The position numbers and the translations under genes are program-made. The notes under the pieces are model-generated. The model was not told the DNA's origin, made no database searches, and saw only the letters and a program-made list of their open reading frames with translations. From positions 21,204,001 through 21,268,000 of the forward strand of contig OZ024746.1 of NCBI GenBank assembly GCA_964016885.1: 64,000 nucleotides of DNA. The letters are read 5' to 3'. This document shows, one piece after another, positions 14,441-27,945 of the stretch (positions are counted from its first letter, which is position 1; the number at the start of each line of letters is the position of its first letter). The DNA comes from Eledone cirrhosa. Lineage: Eukaryota.

Positions 14441-17265
14441 AACACAAACAACACAACACAACTACCAGTATCACTATGTTATAAACACAAAGAGTACAAC
14501 ACAACTATCAGTATCACTATGTTATGAACACAAACAGTACAACAACACAACTACCTGTATCACTATGTTATAAACACAAACAGTACAACAACACAACTAC
14601 CTGTATCACTATGTTATAAACACAAATAGTACAACAACACAACTACCTGTATCACTATGTTATAAACACAAACAGTACAACACAACTACCAGTATCACTA
14701 TGTTATAATCACAAACAGTACAACAACACAACTACCTGTATCACTATGTTATAAACACAAACAGCACAACAACACAACTACCAGTATCACTATGTTATAA
14801 ACACAAACAGTACAACACAACTACCTGTATCACTATGTTATAAACACAAACAGTACAACACAACTACCAGTATCACTATGTTATAATCACAAACAGTACA
14901 ACACAACTACCAGTATCACTATGTTATAATCACAAACAGTACAACAACACAACTATCAGTATCACTATGTTATAAACACAAACAGAACAACACAACTACC
15001 TGTATCACTATGTTATAAACACAAACAGTACAACAACACAACTACCAGTATCACTATGTTATAAACACAAACAGTACAACACAACTACCTGTATCACTAT
15101 GTTATAATCACAAACAGTACAACACAACTACCTGTATCACTATGTTATAAACACAAACAGCACAACAACACAACTATCAGTATCACTATGTTATAAACAC
15201 AAACAGTACAACACAACTACCTGTATCACTGTTATAAACACAAACAGCACAACAACACAACTACCTGTATCACTATGTTATAAACACAAACAGTACAACA
15301 ACACAACTACCTGTATCACTATGTTATAAACACAAAGAGAACAACACAACTACCTGTATCACTATGTTATAAACACAAACAGTACAACAACACAACTACC
15401 TGTATCACTATGTTATAAACACAAACAGTACAACACAAATACTTGTATCACTATGTTATAAACACAAACAGCACAACAACACAACTACCTGTATCACTAT
15501 GTTATAAACAGAAACAGCACAACAACACAACTACCAGTATCACTATGCTATAAACACAAACAGCACAACAACACAACTACCAGTATCACTATGTTATAAA
15601 CACAAACAGTACAACACAACTACCTGTATCACTATGTTATAAATACAAACAACACAACTACCTGTATCACTATGTTATAAACACAAACAGCACAACAACA
15701 CAACTACCAGTATCACTATGTTATAAACACAAACAACACAACTACCTGTATCACTATGTTATAAATACAAACAACACAACTACCTGTATCACTATGTTAT
15801 AAATACAAACAGCACAACAACACAACTACCTGTATCACTATGTTATAAATACAAACAGCACAACAACACAACTACCTGTATCACTATGTTATAAACACAA
15901 ACAGTACAACACAACTACCAGTATCACTATGTTATAAACACAAACAGCACAACAACATAACTACCTGTATCACTATGTTATAAACACAAACAGCACAACA
16001 ACACAACTACCTGTATCACTATGTTATAAACACAAACAGCACAACAACACAACTACCAGTATCACTATGTTATAAACACAAACAGTACAACAACACAACT
16101 ACCTGTATCACTATGTTATAAACACAAACAGTACAACAACACAACTACCAGTATCACTATGTTATAAACACAAACAGTACAACAACACAACTACCTGTAT
16201 CACTATGTTATAAACACAAACAGTACAACACAACTACCTGTATCACTATGTTATAAACACAAACAGTACAACAACACAACTACCTGTATCACTATGTTAT
16301 AAACACAAACAGTACAACACAACTACCTGTATCACTATGTTATAAACACAAACAGTACAACAACACAACTACCAGTATCACTATGTTATAAACACAAACA
16401 GTACAACAACACAACTACCAGTATCACTATGTTATAAACACAAACAGTACAACAACACAACTACCTGTATCACTATGTTATAAACACAAACAGTACAACA
16501 CAACTACCTGTATCACTATGTTATAAACACAAACAGTACAACAACACAACTACCTGTATCACTATGTTATAAACACAAACAGTACAACACAACTACCTGT
16601 ATCACTATGTTATAAACACAAACAGTACAACAACACAACTACCAGTATCACTATGTTATAAACACAAACAGCACAACAACACAACTACCTGTATCACTAT
16701 GTTATAAACACAAACAGTACAACAACACAACTACCAGTATCACTATGTTATAAACACAAACAGTACAACAACACAACTACCTGTATCACTATGTTATAAA
16801 CACAAACAGTACAACAACACAACTACCAGTATCACTATATTATAAACACAAACAGTACAACAACACAACTACCTGTATCACTATGTTATAAACACAAATA
16901 GTACAACAACACAACTACCAGTATCACTATGTTATAAACACAAACAGTACAACAACACAACTACCTGTATCACTATGTTATAAACACAAACAGTACAACA
17001 ACACAACTACCAGTATCACTATGTTATAAACACAAACAGTACAACAACACAACTACCTGTATCACTATGTTATAAACACAAACAGTACAACAACACAACT
17101 ACCTGTATCACTATGTTATAAACACAAACAGTACAACAACACAACTACCTGTATCACTATGTTATAAACACAAACACTACAACAACACAACTACCTGTAT
17201 CACTATGTTATAAACACAAACAGTACAACAACACAACTACCTGTATCACTATGTTATAAACACAA
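14441..17265. repeat. 43/46 bp minisatellite ACAACAACACAACTACCTGTATCACTATGTTATAAACACAAACAGT, about 60 copies
   Basis: Head-to-tail units without spacers; variants CCTGT/CCAGT, AGTAC/AGCAC, +/-CAA. Confidence 0.97.
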
Positions 17266-17358
17266 TGACACCACATCACCTCCTCCACAACCTCCACTCT
17301 CTATTTTATAAACAATCAATAACACTACACCGCCTTCACCATATTATGACCACCACCG

Positions 17359-17550
17359 GGCGGTGGATTGGCAGGATCGGTAGAGGGTCGGATGCCATGC
17401 TTTGCAGCACAGAGCTACGCTCCTTTACAGTCTGAGTTCAAATCCCGCCGGGGTTAACTTTTCCTTTCATCCTTGCGGGGTCGATAAGATAAAGTACCAG
17501 TAATGCACTGGAATAATGATGACCTTGTGCCAAAAATAGAAACAATTATT
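17359..17550 (+). mobile_element. tRNA-derived SINE (major family), full length
   Basis: GGCGGTGGATTGGCAG..GAGTTCAAATCCCGCC..CCTTTCATCCTT.CGGGGTCGATAA..AGTAGAAACAATTATT-type tail. Confidence 0.9.
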
Positions 17551-18269
17551 GCCACCACCAACACCTCATGAAACACAAACAAAAAAAATGACACTGCCAC
17601 CGCAAGACAATATTATCACGCACACACACACGCGCACACACTCGCGCACACACACACACACACTCACACACATACACACACACACAAACAGACACAAAAA
17701 CAGACACTCACGCGCACACACACACAGATACCCCATACTACTCCCACCGACACTACCACTGACGCCAGCATCGCTTCTAAAATCAATGGCTTTACCGTCA
17801 CCGACATCGTCGTCGTTGCTAACACAGATAAAAATTTCTAATGGAATCACAACTAGAACTCCGTGAATGGAGTCATACACCAACTAATTGTACTGCGAAC
17901 TTCTGTCTTCCGTTGCATTTCAATAGAACCAAATCAAGCGGACATAACTATAAACGAGGGAGAGGCCATTGGTAAAAACTATCACGTCTTTTTCATTCCA
18001 CGCTAAAACTTTCCTCCTCTAGATAAATGGAATCACCCAAGAGCTATTTTCAAATAATCTCTTCTATTCCTTTCATTTCGATTCGTTTTTTTTTCTATTT
18101 TGGTTTCTTTGTTTTTGTATACACCTCTGTTAGTATGCTGTATTAACTTACTCATTTATTATCTCTTTCCCTCTCCCGCTTTCTCTTTCTCTCTCACGCT
18201 TTCTCTTTCTCTCTTTCTCTCTTTCACTCTATAATTCACTTCTTCCTCTTCTTCTTTTCCCGCTTATTC

Positions 18270-18632
18270 CTATGAGGGGGGACTCTTAAAACACTACTTC
18301 AAACTGGTCCTGTCAGAAGCCACCGTCTCCAATTGATCCGGCTGGATCCCAAAGCGAGTCCGACCAAGATCTTGGATGTTATCCAAACGTCTCCTGTCGG
18401 TTGGTTTTTCCCCGTAAAATCAGTCTTGCGATTCTCTCATTGGGCATTCTAACCACATGTCCGTAATATCGGAGCTGTGATCCCTCAATTCGAAGAAGTA
18501 GTGGCTCTACCTGGAGCGACTCACTCATCTCCGAGCTACGCACTCTTTCGAGTAATTTTACTCCAATCACCCTTCAGATGAACACCATTTTCGGCCGCTT
18601 GTATTCACGGTCGTATTCTTTCGGTCATTACC
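18270..18632 (-). mobile_element. RTE (Rex3/Expander-like) LINE 3' fragment
   Basis: LLERVRSSEMSESLQVEPLLLRIEGSQLRYYGHVVRMPNERIAR resembles the LRWFGHVxRM ORF2 C-terminus. Confidence 0.85.
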
Positions 18633-18635
18633 ATC

Positions 18636-19105
18636 GATGAAAGGCAAAGTTAACCTCAGCTGAATTTGAACTCAGACCGCCAAGGGCCATAACTATATAC
18701 CGCAAAGCATGTTGCCCGCCGCACTAATAATGGTTTCTGATTTAGGTACAAGGCCAACAATTTCTTTTTTGTTGGGGAGTCGATTAAATTGATCCCAGTG
18801 CGTTACTGGTACTTTATGTTCTTGACCCTGTAAGGATAAAAGGCAAAGGTAACCTCGGCGGCATTTGAAATCAAAATATAAGAGCCGGCTGTTTCATTAG
18901 TTGAACAACTGGATCACTCCTCGCCGACACCGACGGAAGTCCAATACAATGGCATTCTTATTGCAGTTTAACCAGGTCAGCTCTGACAAAAGAAGCTGTT
19001 TTATTCAAATAATGCATTCAATGAGTTGGAAAAAATGCCTTGCAGTTCTGAGTTCAAATTACACAGATATCGACTTCGCCTTTCATCCTTTCGAAATCGA
19101 TAGCT
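18636..19105. mobile_element. Cluster of three SINE fragments (two minus, one plus)
   Basis: GAAAGGCAAAGTTAACCTC..TTTGAACTCAG cores. Confidence 0.75.
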
Positions 19106-19409
19106 AGAGTATTCGTCCAGAGTGATGAATAGGTGGAATCATTAGCATAGTGGTGTGTAGGACTTGCTCCGTATCTTTGTGTTCTGTGTTCAGATCTCGC
19201 AGTGGCCTACTTGGTAAATCAGTCTATGTGGTAATCAGTCGTCCGGTTTTATACAACATCACTTGGCATTTGGGACATTTAGCAATGTCTCTGACTTTGA
19301 GGATATCTATCTTAGTCTCTATAACCTCGGAAGTTGTTGTTGGGCCTCTGTCATTTCCACCCTCAATTGCCCCAGTTGGTTCAATCTACGGAGCTGCCTG
19401 TTGGTGAAA

Positions 19410-19655
19410 TTAAAGTATAAGTGGTTGAGCAATCCACAGACACGTGTACCTATAAGTTAGTTCTCGGAGAGATCCAGCGTGACACAATGTGTGACGATGT
19501 TGGCCCCTTGAATTACAGGTACAACTGTTGAGTGTTCTAGAGCAACATGAAATAAGGCATGTTTCTCAAGGATACAACGCACCACCTGATCCTGGAATCG
19601 AACTCACAAGTTTACGATCATATACCGAACACCCTAACTACTAAGGCAGGTGCCC
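19410..19655 (-). mobile_element. Second tRNA-headed SINE family; relics also near 21615-21755, 30690-30985, 44630-44880 (+), 45000-45290 and 54390-54720
   Basis: GGAATCGAACTCAC (reverse B-box), AACCCTAACTACTAAG (reverse A-box), shared CCACAGACACGTGTACC block. Confidence 0.6.
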
Positions 19656-19777
19656 CAAATCCTAAATCATAAGTAAATGAGTCCATTGTCATTGAAAATG
19701 GAAGGGTTAGATTTGAAGTTGATTTTAACGCCATTTTCAAAAGATCGAGCATCTCCAAAGAGGCCTCTACTTGTTGG

Positions 19778-19836
<59 letters not shown>

Positions 19837-19871
19837 ATATATATGTATATATATATATATATATACAATGC

Positions 19872-19902
<31 letters not shown>

Positions 19903-20523
19903 TATGTATACATATATATATATATACAATGCATATATATATATGTATATATATATATATATGTATACACATATATATATATATAAATATAAATTAGCGA
20001 GAATCGTTTTCAGCTCAGGAATTAACGAAAATCAACGTCCGATATGTGTGGCAAGCGCTCGATGAATCATATGAATCAGAGCTACAACATACGTTAAGGG
20101 CCAAACACACTGAGATGATGGTTAAACATATCATCCGCACAGCCAAAACAAAACGACCAAGTAATTCGGGTCAAACAATAAAAATATATGTGTTGATACT
20201 TTCCCGGACCCTGGACTGATGGTAAAATCCAGTATTGGTTTCTGCGACTCCAAATCAGGTACTGTCCGCCTACATAAAGAATGTTGGGCTTCTGGTGAGA
20301 TGATGAACAAGGCAGTCGTGTTATCAACGGGTTTTGCTCCAAGATGCTATAGATAGTGTGGCTATTACTGACCCCTCGTGGGATTCAGCAAGGGAGGTAA
20401 CACCTCTATTAAGCGAATGATTCAGTTGTGTATTATTGCGAGAATGCAAAATATCACAAATCGAATAAAGCTCTCGACAGAATGGTTAAATATATATATG
20501 GTTATATATATATATATATATGG

Positions 20524-20585
<62 letters not shown>

Positions 20586-20587
<2 letters not shown>

Positions 20588-21102
20588 CGTTTCTGAATTT
20601 GTTTAGCAAGATTCTTTATCTGAAAACGTGTGTTGAAACCGATATTGTTATACTTTGGGAGGGTCAGGTTGCCAATAAGAAACACACGCACCAGTTGATT
20701 TCACTTCAATTTATTATAAATTAAATTCATAAATTTAGGAATTTATAAATTTCCGGTTGGTTGGTTGGTTCCACAACCAGACGATTGTTCATAAATTGTC
20801 AAAGTTCTTTCGTCACACATTATGTGACTTCTTCAGTGACTGGGGATTCTTTTCTTTTCTTTTCTTTGTTTTTGTGCCTCTCCTTTGTTCTGTCCTACGC
20901 CATCTTGTTTATGTGTGTGTTGTGTGAATCCCCAGTCACTGAAGAGGTCACAGAATGTGAGACGAAAGAACTTGGACAATTTATGAACAATCGTCTGGTT
21001 GTGGAACCAACCAACCAACCGGAAATTTATAATAAATTGAAGTGAAACAACTGGTGCGTGTGTTTCTTATTGGCAACATGACCCTCCCAAAGTATAACAA
21101 TA
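20586..21102. mobile_element. Fold-back element, family B (inverted Penelope-like pLTRs), between (TA)n tracts
   Basis: Inverted arms 20642-20849 and 20926-21102, 76-nt loop, ~55-nt tail 20586-20641 on one arm only; hammerhead motif in each arm. Confidence 0.85.
20798..20840 (-). ncRNA. Minimal type I hammerhead ribozyme; degenerate mirror copy at 20935-20977 (+)
   Basis: GTCA-CTGAAGA-A-GTCACA(TAATG)TGTGAC-GAAA-G(AA)C-TT^-TGAC. Confidence 0.75.
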
Positions 21103-21117
21103 TATATATATATATAT

Positions 21118-21174
21118 AAGTCCAGAAATAACCGTCGAAACGACTTGAGCTCTGCCGTCGGAGTCATACTTTCT

Positions 21175-21178
<4 letters not shown>
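21118..21178 (+). mobile_element. Family A fragment (short arm only) inside (TA)n
   Basis: AGTCCAGAAATAACCGTCGAAACGACTTGAGCTCTGCCGTCGGAGTCATACTTTCTCCTA matches 31674-31712 and 59998-60056. Confidence 0.85.
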
Positions 21179-21269
<91 letters not shown>

Positions 21270-21469
21270 ATATTAAATAAATGGAAACTATATTTATCAA
21301 GCCATATTTATTCTATTATATATATTTCAAGGGTAGCAAAACTTTGGTACGCTCTCATCAGATAAAATACAAAATTTGTTTTATAAATATTGACATAACC
21401 AAGAAAAAATACCTTAACGGTTCAAGTTTTTCTTGGATAAGTTATAAACATTTATATTTGTTGAATTAC

Positions 21470-21610
<141 letters not shown>

Positions 21611-22569
21611 CCGATACAGCTTGGCACCAGTGAGGTCGCAATTCATTTCTACAGGTAAGTAAACTGGAGAAATGTGGAATAAAGGTATTTTGCAAAAGGA
21701 GACAACGCATCACCCGGTCTGGGAATAGAACTCACTCCTCACAATTGCAAGCCCAAGAAATGCTTCTCGAAAAAAACATTAAATTTTTATTTTTTGTTTT
21801 TACTAAGAAATGGCTTCGAGATATTCAAATATCCATCCCCATTACTCTTTTGGGGAAATATGTTTTACTGAAGCTTCATATTTAACCGTATATATAAATA
21901 TATATATTTTTATACGTAAATCATTTATATAGTTATTCGGGCGTCAGAAAGAGCGGCACGCCATAATGGTGATAACAATAGATTCCATAACGTAAACAAA
22001 TACTCTCCCCACATTCCGAACATGAAAACAAACTTTATATAAAACAATAATGTTAAAATTAAACAAACAAAAGTAGCTTCAAGCATAATCGCTTGCAGTA
22101 AAGCTAAAAAAGGATTGTGTTGAAAACATTAATTCGAATGGGGGACAAAAACAACTCACTACAGCAACGATCTACCGCTTACATCAACAAAAATCCATCT
22201 GTTGCAAACATTGTGATTCATGAGGTGTTACAGAACATAAACTAGCTCCATAAAAAAAAAAATGTAGACGAAGTATGTCAAGAAATCAGTGTTTTCTTAT
22301 TTGAGAAATTTGTTCAAGAAAGAGTGAAGTAACATGCATCTTTGCTGCGAAAAACAATGTGATTTCGAACATAGAATTGGATGAGAAATTAGCAGACCTG
22401 TTATGGGATGTTTTTCCTCAATCGTCGTAGGGATAAAGAAGTGTCTGGTCATTATGACTGAGGATGAGGAAAGCAGGTAGAACAGATTACCACACGCCTG
22501 CACAGTAGCTGATATGGCAGTTCATGGGAATTTGAACACATGACTACAACCAAAGGTATTATTACTAAA

Positions 22570-23987
22570 GGCGGTGGAGTGGGAGTATTGGTAGAGGGTC
22601 AGACGTCATGCTTTCCAGCATAGTTACGTCCCTTTACGATCTGTGTTCAAATCCGGTCGAGGTTAACTTTGCCTTTCATCCTTACGAGGTTGATAAAATA
22701 AAGTACCAGTAATGCGCTGGAGTAATAGCTGGCCTTGTGCCAAAAGTAGAAACAATTATTACTAAAGTTGGCCCGTGAATTATCGTCACTTATGTGGTGC
22801 AGCGCGGCTACGAGATAAACGTGTTGGTGGCCTGCAACAACATGTGGTTTGCATGAACCATCAGTTCTTGATGATCTCAGTAAAACACAAGGCTAAACAA
22901 AGGACGAAGACTGGAGAAATATGGCAACTCTTTGGAGACAGCAAAAGATAATTGGAAAAAGCGAAATAATTGTTTCTACTTTAGGCACAAGGCCAGCAAT
23001 TACTCAGTACATTACTGGTACTTTATTTTATCGACCCCGTAAGGATGAAAGGCAAAGTTAACCTCGGCGGGATTTGAACTCAGAATGTAAAGGGACGTAA
23101 CTATGCTAGAAAGCATGGCGTCCAACCCTCTACCGATACTGCCAATTCACCCCCTGGAAAAAGAGAAATAATGGTATCTAATTTAGGCACAAGACCATCA
23201 ATTTAAGGTAGCATGCGTCCTCCCTCCGCCATATTCATTGGTTTCCCTTATTTGTTTTTGTCATAGTTTAATATATTGTAAAATGTTTTTGACACACCTC
23301 AGTTTATTAAATATACTTTCCCACATGTTTTGTAACCTACATGTATGACGAGTTTTGTATTGCATGCATGAACCATTGTGGCCAATAAAGAAAGGATTAT
23401 TATTGTTTTTGTTGTCCTTGTAGAAGATATTTCTTTTGTTTGATTTATATACAAAAAATGTTAATTTTTGGTTTCTTTTACTAATCTTCTTCAGAACGTA
23501 AAGTAAAGTAACTTAATATTACAATGTATTTATTTATAAAATAACTATTTAAAAAAAATAATACATACGTTGTAAATAAATAATGGTTTCTGATTTAGGC
23601 ACAAGGCCAACAATTTTTATGGGGGGTGGGGTCGATTAAATCAACCCCAGTGTGTTTCTGGTACTTTATTTTATCGACCCCGTAAGGATGAAAGGCAAAG
23701 TTAACCTCGGCAGGATATAAGCTCAGAACGTAAAGAGCCGTAACTATATGCCGCAATGCATGTTGTCCGATGCTCTACCGATACTGCCATTCTACCGCCA
23801 TGCGTTGTACATAAATAATTGTTTCTACGTTAGGCACAAGGCCAGCAATTACCCAGTGTATTACTGGTACTTTATTTTATCGACCCCGTAAGGATGAAAG
23901 GCAAAGTTAACCTCGGCGGGATTTGAACTCAGAATGGCAAGGGCCGTAACTCTATGCGCCAAAACATGGCATCCGACACTCTACCAA
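22570..23987. mobile_element. Four major-family SINEs: 22570-22760 (+), 22966-23153 (-), 23581-23798 (-), 23815-23987 (-)
   Basis: Consensus matches along their length. Confidence 0.9.
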
Positions 23988-24303
23988 TGCGTTGTACATA
24001 AATAATAAATCCCCAAACATAGCAAATCAATGCTACTCGAAAATCTCCGCCACCTACCACTTAACAATTGATACCTGCTTTCCGATCCAGCCAGCATGTG
24101 AAACTCACTGAAAAGGCCAACCTACTCTGACCAACCTTTTGTAATAAATAATAAATCAGTATCATCATAATTGACGCCGCTGTCATTTTTATCAGTGTCC
24201 GGAAAAAAAAAAAAATGGAAATCAACTCTTCAGCTGAGCTGCTTTTTCTTGCTTTTCCATTCTTTCTTAACAACAAAATATATTTTAGTAATACAGACAG
24301 CTG

Positions 24304-24418
<115 letters not shown>

Positions 24419-24507
24419 CTTTCACTCTCTTAATTAACTTAATATGTCTGCACCTACCACTTTGTGTATGTACGTATACTGACACACACACACACATACA
24501 CACACAC

Positions 24508-24552
<45 letters not shown>

Positions 24553-25418
24553 TATGTATGTGTGTGTGTTCCTATGTGTATGTGTCTAATTCCCTTTCTC
24601 TCCCTCGTTCGCGCTCTCTACTCAGTCCTTCTTTGCTCTTACCTTCTCTTCTATCATCAGCTGATATACAATGTCTCTTATTTTCCCCTCTTCTTTCACT
24701 CTTCTATTCACTTTCCTCTTTGCTTCCCCAGTTCGTTTGTTTTTGTTTGTTTCTTTTGTTTTTTCTAGCAGCACTAGTTTTTAGTTGATGCGCAACACAC
24801 ATACACACTCTATTTGTTTTTCTTCTTCTCTCTTTTTCCCTCTTATATATATATATTCTCCGTATTTCACCCTCCTCTCACCTCTACCACCAATACATAT
24901 ACTCATGTCTCTCTCTCTCCCTCTCTCTCTCTCTCACCCCCCTCTCTCTCTGACCCTCTTATTCCTCGAGTTATTTCCCTTTCTTCTGTTACTTTTCCCT
25001 CCCGCTATCACTGCGCAACAGCTAGCGTGCAATTTCCTACTTTCAGTTTCGTTTTCATTTATACATTCTGTGTCTATTTAATATATGTGTTGTTGTCATT
25101 GGAATTGTTATTGTTGTTGCTGCTGTTGTTGTTGTTGATGTCACAGTGATGTTTTTGGTGATAGTGTGGTGTTGTTAGTGTGGTTGTTGTTGGGGTTACG
25201 TTATCTCTATCATCCCCCTTTCTTTTCTTATATGACTACATGTAACACTCCTCCTCCTCCTCCTCCTCCTCCTCATATTTCTCTCTTCTCCTTCTCTCTC
25301 TTTCTCAGTCTCTCTCTCTCTCACTCTCTCTCTCTCTCTCACACGCTCTGTCTTCTTATCTTTCCGTCTATTTTTTTTTTGTCTATCTTTTTCTCATTGT
25401 TATTCATCTTCCATAAAG

Positions 25419-25492
<74 letters not shown>

Positions 25493-25650
25493 CCATACGA
25501 GATTACACATGTTTACAACTACCACGTTTATATTATTCCCTCCACTTGGAGTCCCTGTGCCACTCAGCGTCGCATCTCCCCTGTTTATAAATTTCTCACC
25601 CCACTTTCCCTTACAGTTTGTTTCTGACACGCAGACACTCTTTTAGTGTC

Positions 25651-25681
<31 letters not shown>

Positions 25682-26049
25682 TTGTATGTATATTATATAT
25701 GTATATATATTATATATACAGAGAGAGAGAGAGAAAGAGGAGAGCGCAAGAGATCAATTTCTCCGTCTGCTTCTTGCGTCCGTCTCTCGTGTTTCCAATA
25801 TCTCCGCCTCTCTTAACCCCCCCCCCTTTCTCTCTCTCTCTGTGAAAGTCTCTTCCTTGCGCACGCACACAGATACACACACCCATACACAATCTCTCTC
25901 TCTCTCTCTCTCTCTCTCCCCCAGTTTCTGTAAATCAGCCTCTACCTTGTCCCCCGAGTCTCTTCCACCCCCTCTGTCTCTCTCTTCTTTATAACTGCCT
26001 CTTTTTCATATAAACGTCTCGCATCTCTCTCTCAACGTATATATCTATA

Positions 26050-26082
<33 letters not shown>

Positions 26083-26612
26083 ATATATATATATATATAC
26101 ACATACCTATCTTTATTATTATCACTGACGTTCCTCTTCCCCTTCCTATGCTTTCTGAATCTCTTCCTTCCCGTCACTCATCACCTGCTGCTCTTCCCCC
26201 CCTCTCTCTCTCTCTCTGTATCACGTTATATTACTGTTGCTTCACTTTCCAACCAACCGTTCCGACGATGATTCATTCACACACACACATAGTAGATAGA
26301 TAGATGATCGGCCACCTTTTGGACACCCGGTAATCTTAATTACCTATTAACTAAGCTTCACTTATACAACTAATTAACGGCATTTTTTTTTTTAAACCTA
26401 ATTTTTACCTAAATTGTCTTGCTATCATTTTTCAATTAAAATAATAACCAACAGACAATACTCTAATTAACAACCACCATCGAACAAGAAAACAAGTGCC
26501 GACACCAATCTAAATATATATATATATACAATATATGATATATATATGTATATATATATAGTCTGCTGGTGCTAAATAATATTTTGTATTATTCTTGTGT
26601 GTTTTTCTTTAG

Positions 26613-26752
26613 TGGAGGCTGTACGTTATTTCATTAGAAAAGACGTAACAACCCAAACAAACAAAACATCAAACATCTCTTACGATATACACATACACAC
26701 TCACGCAATCACAGGGAGTTGGCGATACATATAAATGAAAGAAACATTATAG
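26613..26752 (+). other. Candidate non-coding (5' UTR) exon
   Basis: Acceptor GTTTTTCTTTAG| and consensus donor AG|GTAAGT, 140 nt apart, at the end of a transposon-free zone; only a 5-codon ORF MKETL*. Confidence 0.4.
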
Positions 26753-27087
26753 GTAAGTCTTCAGTATTATATACAGTCTCTTAATTAAAAAAATTTATTA
26801 TCATTATTTATGAGAAAATTATTATTAGAATTATTATTATTTTTGTTGTTACTATTGCTGCTGTTCTTGTTGCTGTTGTTAATAATTTATTATCATTGTT
26901 TTGCTATAACTGGTGGTATCATTATGTTTTTATTTTCCTTTACCGTTACACGATGTAAACTCCAGTTTGTGTTGTTTCGTTCTTGTATTGGTCCCGGCAT
27001 GGTACGCCTTCTGGCCAATAAAGGAAACCATGTTTTTTTTTTTAATGTAAGCCCTTGTGGTTAACAAAGAAATCATCATTATTACTA

Positions 27088-27945
27088 GGTTGACTTTGCC
27101 TTTCATCCTTACGGGGTCGATAAAATAAAGTACCAGTAATGCACTGGGTAATTGCTGGCCTTGCGCCTAAAGTAGAAACAATTATTACTATTATTATTGT
27201 GGTGGGTTCTCAGAACCAGTTGAGCGTCGAATAAAATACTTTGTGCATTTACTTACGGCCCTTTACGTTCTGGGTTTAAATCCTACCGAGGTTAATTTTG
27301 CTTTTCATCCTTACGAAGTCGATAAAATAAAGTCGGATGCCCCCTACTCCAAAATTTGCTAGCCATGGGCCGAAATTAGGAATTATTACTATTATTGTTG
27401 TCCTTATCATTATTATCATTATTAAGGCTGTGAAAGCAGATTCGTTAGGCCGTCGGACAAAATACCTTGCAGTGTTTGGTTACGGCTCTTTAAGTTCTGA
27501 GTTCAAATCCCGCCAGGGTCAACTGTGTCTTTCATGAAATAAAATATCAATTATATCCTGGTTTCGATTTATGAACACCTTCCCCTAAATTTTTCTGGCT
27601 TCGTGCCCATGATCCCGCCGAGGTTGACTTTGCATTTCATCCTTACGGGGTCGATAAAAGAAAGTACCAGTAATGTACTGAGTAATTGCTGGCATTGTGC
27701 CAAAAGTAGAAACAATTATTATTAAGGGGGCAAGATAGTTTAGGAACTGAACTGGTATTGTAACGAATTAAACGTTTTGTGTCAGTTATGTCCCTTTACG
27801 ATCTGTAATTCGACTTTGCCTTTCGGCCCTTTGGGACGAGGTGGGGTTTGGCTCAATTAAATAAGTACCAGTTAACTACTGTTCCACTCAGCTCATTATG
27901 TCCCCAACTTTACAAAGCATTGTGGGCTTGTGTCTGAGTTTATGA
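27088..27945 (+). mobile_element. Head-to-tail cluster of five SINE copies or fragments
   Basis: Repeated GACTTTGCCTTTCATCCTTACGGGGTCGATAAAA cores; each copy follows the ATT-repeat tail of the previous one. Confidence 0.85.

Noticed and set aside
14441-17265. CRISPR-like array
   Set aside because: Units are contiguous with no unique spacers, no cas genes, eukaryotic context
20365-20428. HDV-like fold (CCCCTCGTGGG..GCGAAT)
   Set aside because: L3 too short and no P1 partner found
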